NCBI GenBank assembly: GCA_021852265.1
Contig: JAJZNV010000016.1
Span: 189-64,188 of the forward strand
From: Nanobdellota archaeon
GTDB taxonomy: Archaea; Nanobdellota; Nanobdellia; Parvarchaeales; Parvarchaeaceae
Reading direction: 5' to 3'
DNA length: 64,000 bases
Numbering within the stretch: position 1 is the stretch's first letter; each line of letters opens with the position of its first letter. The notes under the pieces are model-generated. The model searched no databases and was not told the DNA's origin. It was given only the letters and a program-made list of their open reading frames with translations. Both the position numbers and the translations under genes were made by a program. Below are positions 63,405 to 64,000 of the stretch, piece after piece.

Positions 63405-64000
63405 ATGGTAACAACTATACAGATAAGCAAAGATATAAGAGATAGACTCGAAAAATTTAAAATGCATAAACGGCAGTCAGTAAATGAGGTTATAGAAGGC
63501 CTTATAAACAATGTTTTGCTATTAGACAGCGAAATGCAACTCGTTAGGGATAATAAGCAAAATAAACTTTCTAAAGAGGATCTCTTAAATAGTGCTTTAC
63601 GTGCTTCTGGCTTTTTAGCAAAACCTGGAGAACGGGTATTCCATATGCGCACAAAATATGTAAAAAATAAGCTGAAAGGGCTTAAATGGACGCCTGAAAA
63701 TGTAAATTATATAGGGGGTTTGATGTTTATAGAAGATGCGATTAAGACACACCCTAGGGAGACTAGAAGAAGGATAGAGATAGATCTTGCTCAGGCTGCC
63801 GGGGAGGATCAGTATGGTGAATATCTATCAGAAGCAGAATCAACTGAGTATAAGAAAGAGATTATTGATAAAAATGAAAAACTCAAAGAACATGCAAGAG
63901 ATGAGGTTGAAATTTACAAAGAACTGGTTCCACAGGATAAACAGCCAATTGAGCCATGCGGGCTTACAGAAGATGAGCGCAGGGAATTAGAATGGCTTAG
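63405..64000 (+). CDS. ribbon-helix-helix (CopG/Arc-like) N-terminal domain protein, 3' end beyond the window (partial; not in ORF track)
   Basis: My translation is open from the ATG at 63405 to the window end (198 codons): MVTTIQISKDIRDRLEKFKMHKRQSVNEVIEGLINNVLLLD... TATA tataaata (63375..63382) ends 23 nt upstream. The listed antisense ORF 63389..63652 is therefore probably a shadow. Confidence 0.55.
   Translation, partial: MVTTIQISKDIRDRLEKFKMHKRQSVNEVIEGLINNVLLLDSEMQLVRDNKQNKLSKEDLLNSALRASGFLAKPGERVFHMRTKYVKNKLKGLKWTPENVNYIGGLMFIEDAIKTHPRETRRRIEIDLAQAAGEDQYGEYLSEAESTEYKKEIIDKNEKLKEHARDEVEIYKELVPQDKQPIEPCGLTEDERRELEWL

Noticed and set aside
63389-63652. Listed 87-aa minus-strand ORF.
   Set aside because: The opposite strand carries a longer open frame (63405 to the window end). 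That frame has a canonical TATA at the leaderless spacing and an RHH-like N-terminus.
1-64000. Search for transposases, integrases, cas genes, restriction-modification or toxin-antitoxin pairs as an explanation for the accessory regions.
   Set aside because: No ORF shows DDE, tyrosine- or serine-recombinase, Cas or REase motifs that I can recognise. The methyltransferase at 16871 looks like an RNA (METTL5-type) enzyme coupled to gatDE. The PIN protein sits after the aIF2-gamma gene, an arrangement I recall as common in archaea, so I did not treat it as a toxin.

Overview
AT-rich archaeal chromosomal window. Archaeal markers are GatD/GatE, aIF2-gamma, S6e, Alba, Dph2, Sec61-gamma/SecE and two FtsZ paralogs; the lineage cannot be fixed from the window. 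No rRNA genes, CRISPR arrays, transposases or integrases were seen.

Housekeeping content: thrS, mdh, gdhA, a Ham1-type NTPase, an FNR/TrxR-like flavoprotein, four tRNA genes, a compact NAD salvage and phosphorylation cluster (pncB, pncA, nadE, prs, two NAD-kinase paralogs) and a CoA pair (DUF359 dephospho-CoA kinase plus bacterial-type coaD).

The accessory content is dominated by surface and pilus-like genes:
- Three paralogous 1,429-1,517 aa proteins (36753-41306, 49807-54096, 54150-58610) start with a class III (type IV prepilin-like) signal and a pilin-sized module carrying a shared C-x12-C-x-V signature. They continue as arrays of about 85-aa ESGLP..W modules and YVTN-type beta-propellers.
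- A fourth protein has the same pilin N-terminus fused to a LamG/ConA-like lectin domain (60766-62031). Next to it lie a membrane-anchored ArsR-type regulator, an 18-bp perfect palindrome and an unlisted 30-aa Gly/Cys-rich micropeptide ORF.
- Two small pilin-like genes with a different cleavage-region motif lie at 16136-16836.
- A pilin-like gene at 4567 precedes an operon encoding two degenerate KaiC/FlaH-like proteins, one fused to a small GTPase, plus a Roadblock/LC7 (MglB-like) protein (5659-8548).

The giant modular pilins and the KaiC-like/GTPase/Roadblock module are my best candidates for an undescribed system.

Other oddities:
- a 127-codon ORF with one in-frame TAG next to a tRNA-Pro gene whose anticodon reads AGG (A34)
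- an NAD-kinase paralog with a degenerate GGDG motif fused to a winged helix
- an N-terminally truncated Dph2
- an ORF open to the window end (63405->64000) that the ORF track does not list
- a very regular TATA-to-ATG spacing of about 22 nt, implying leaderless mRNAs, which I used to refine several start codons

All calls rest on manual motif reading; no searches were run.
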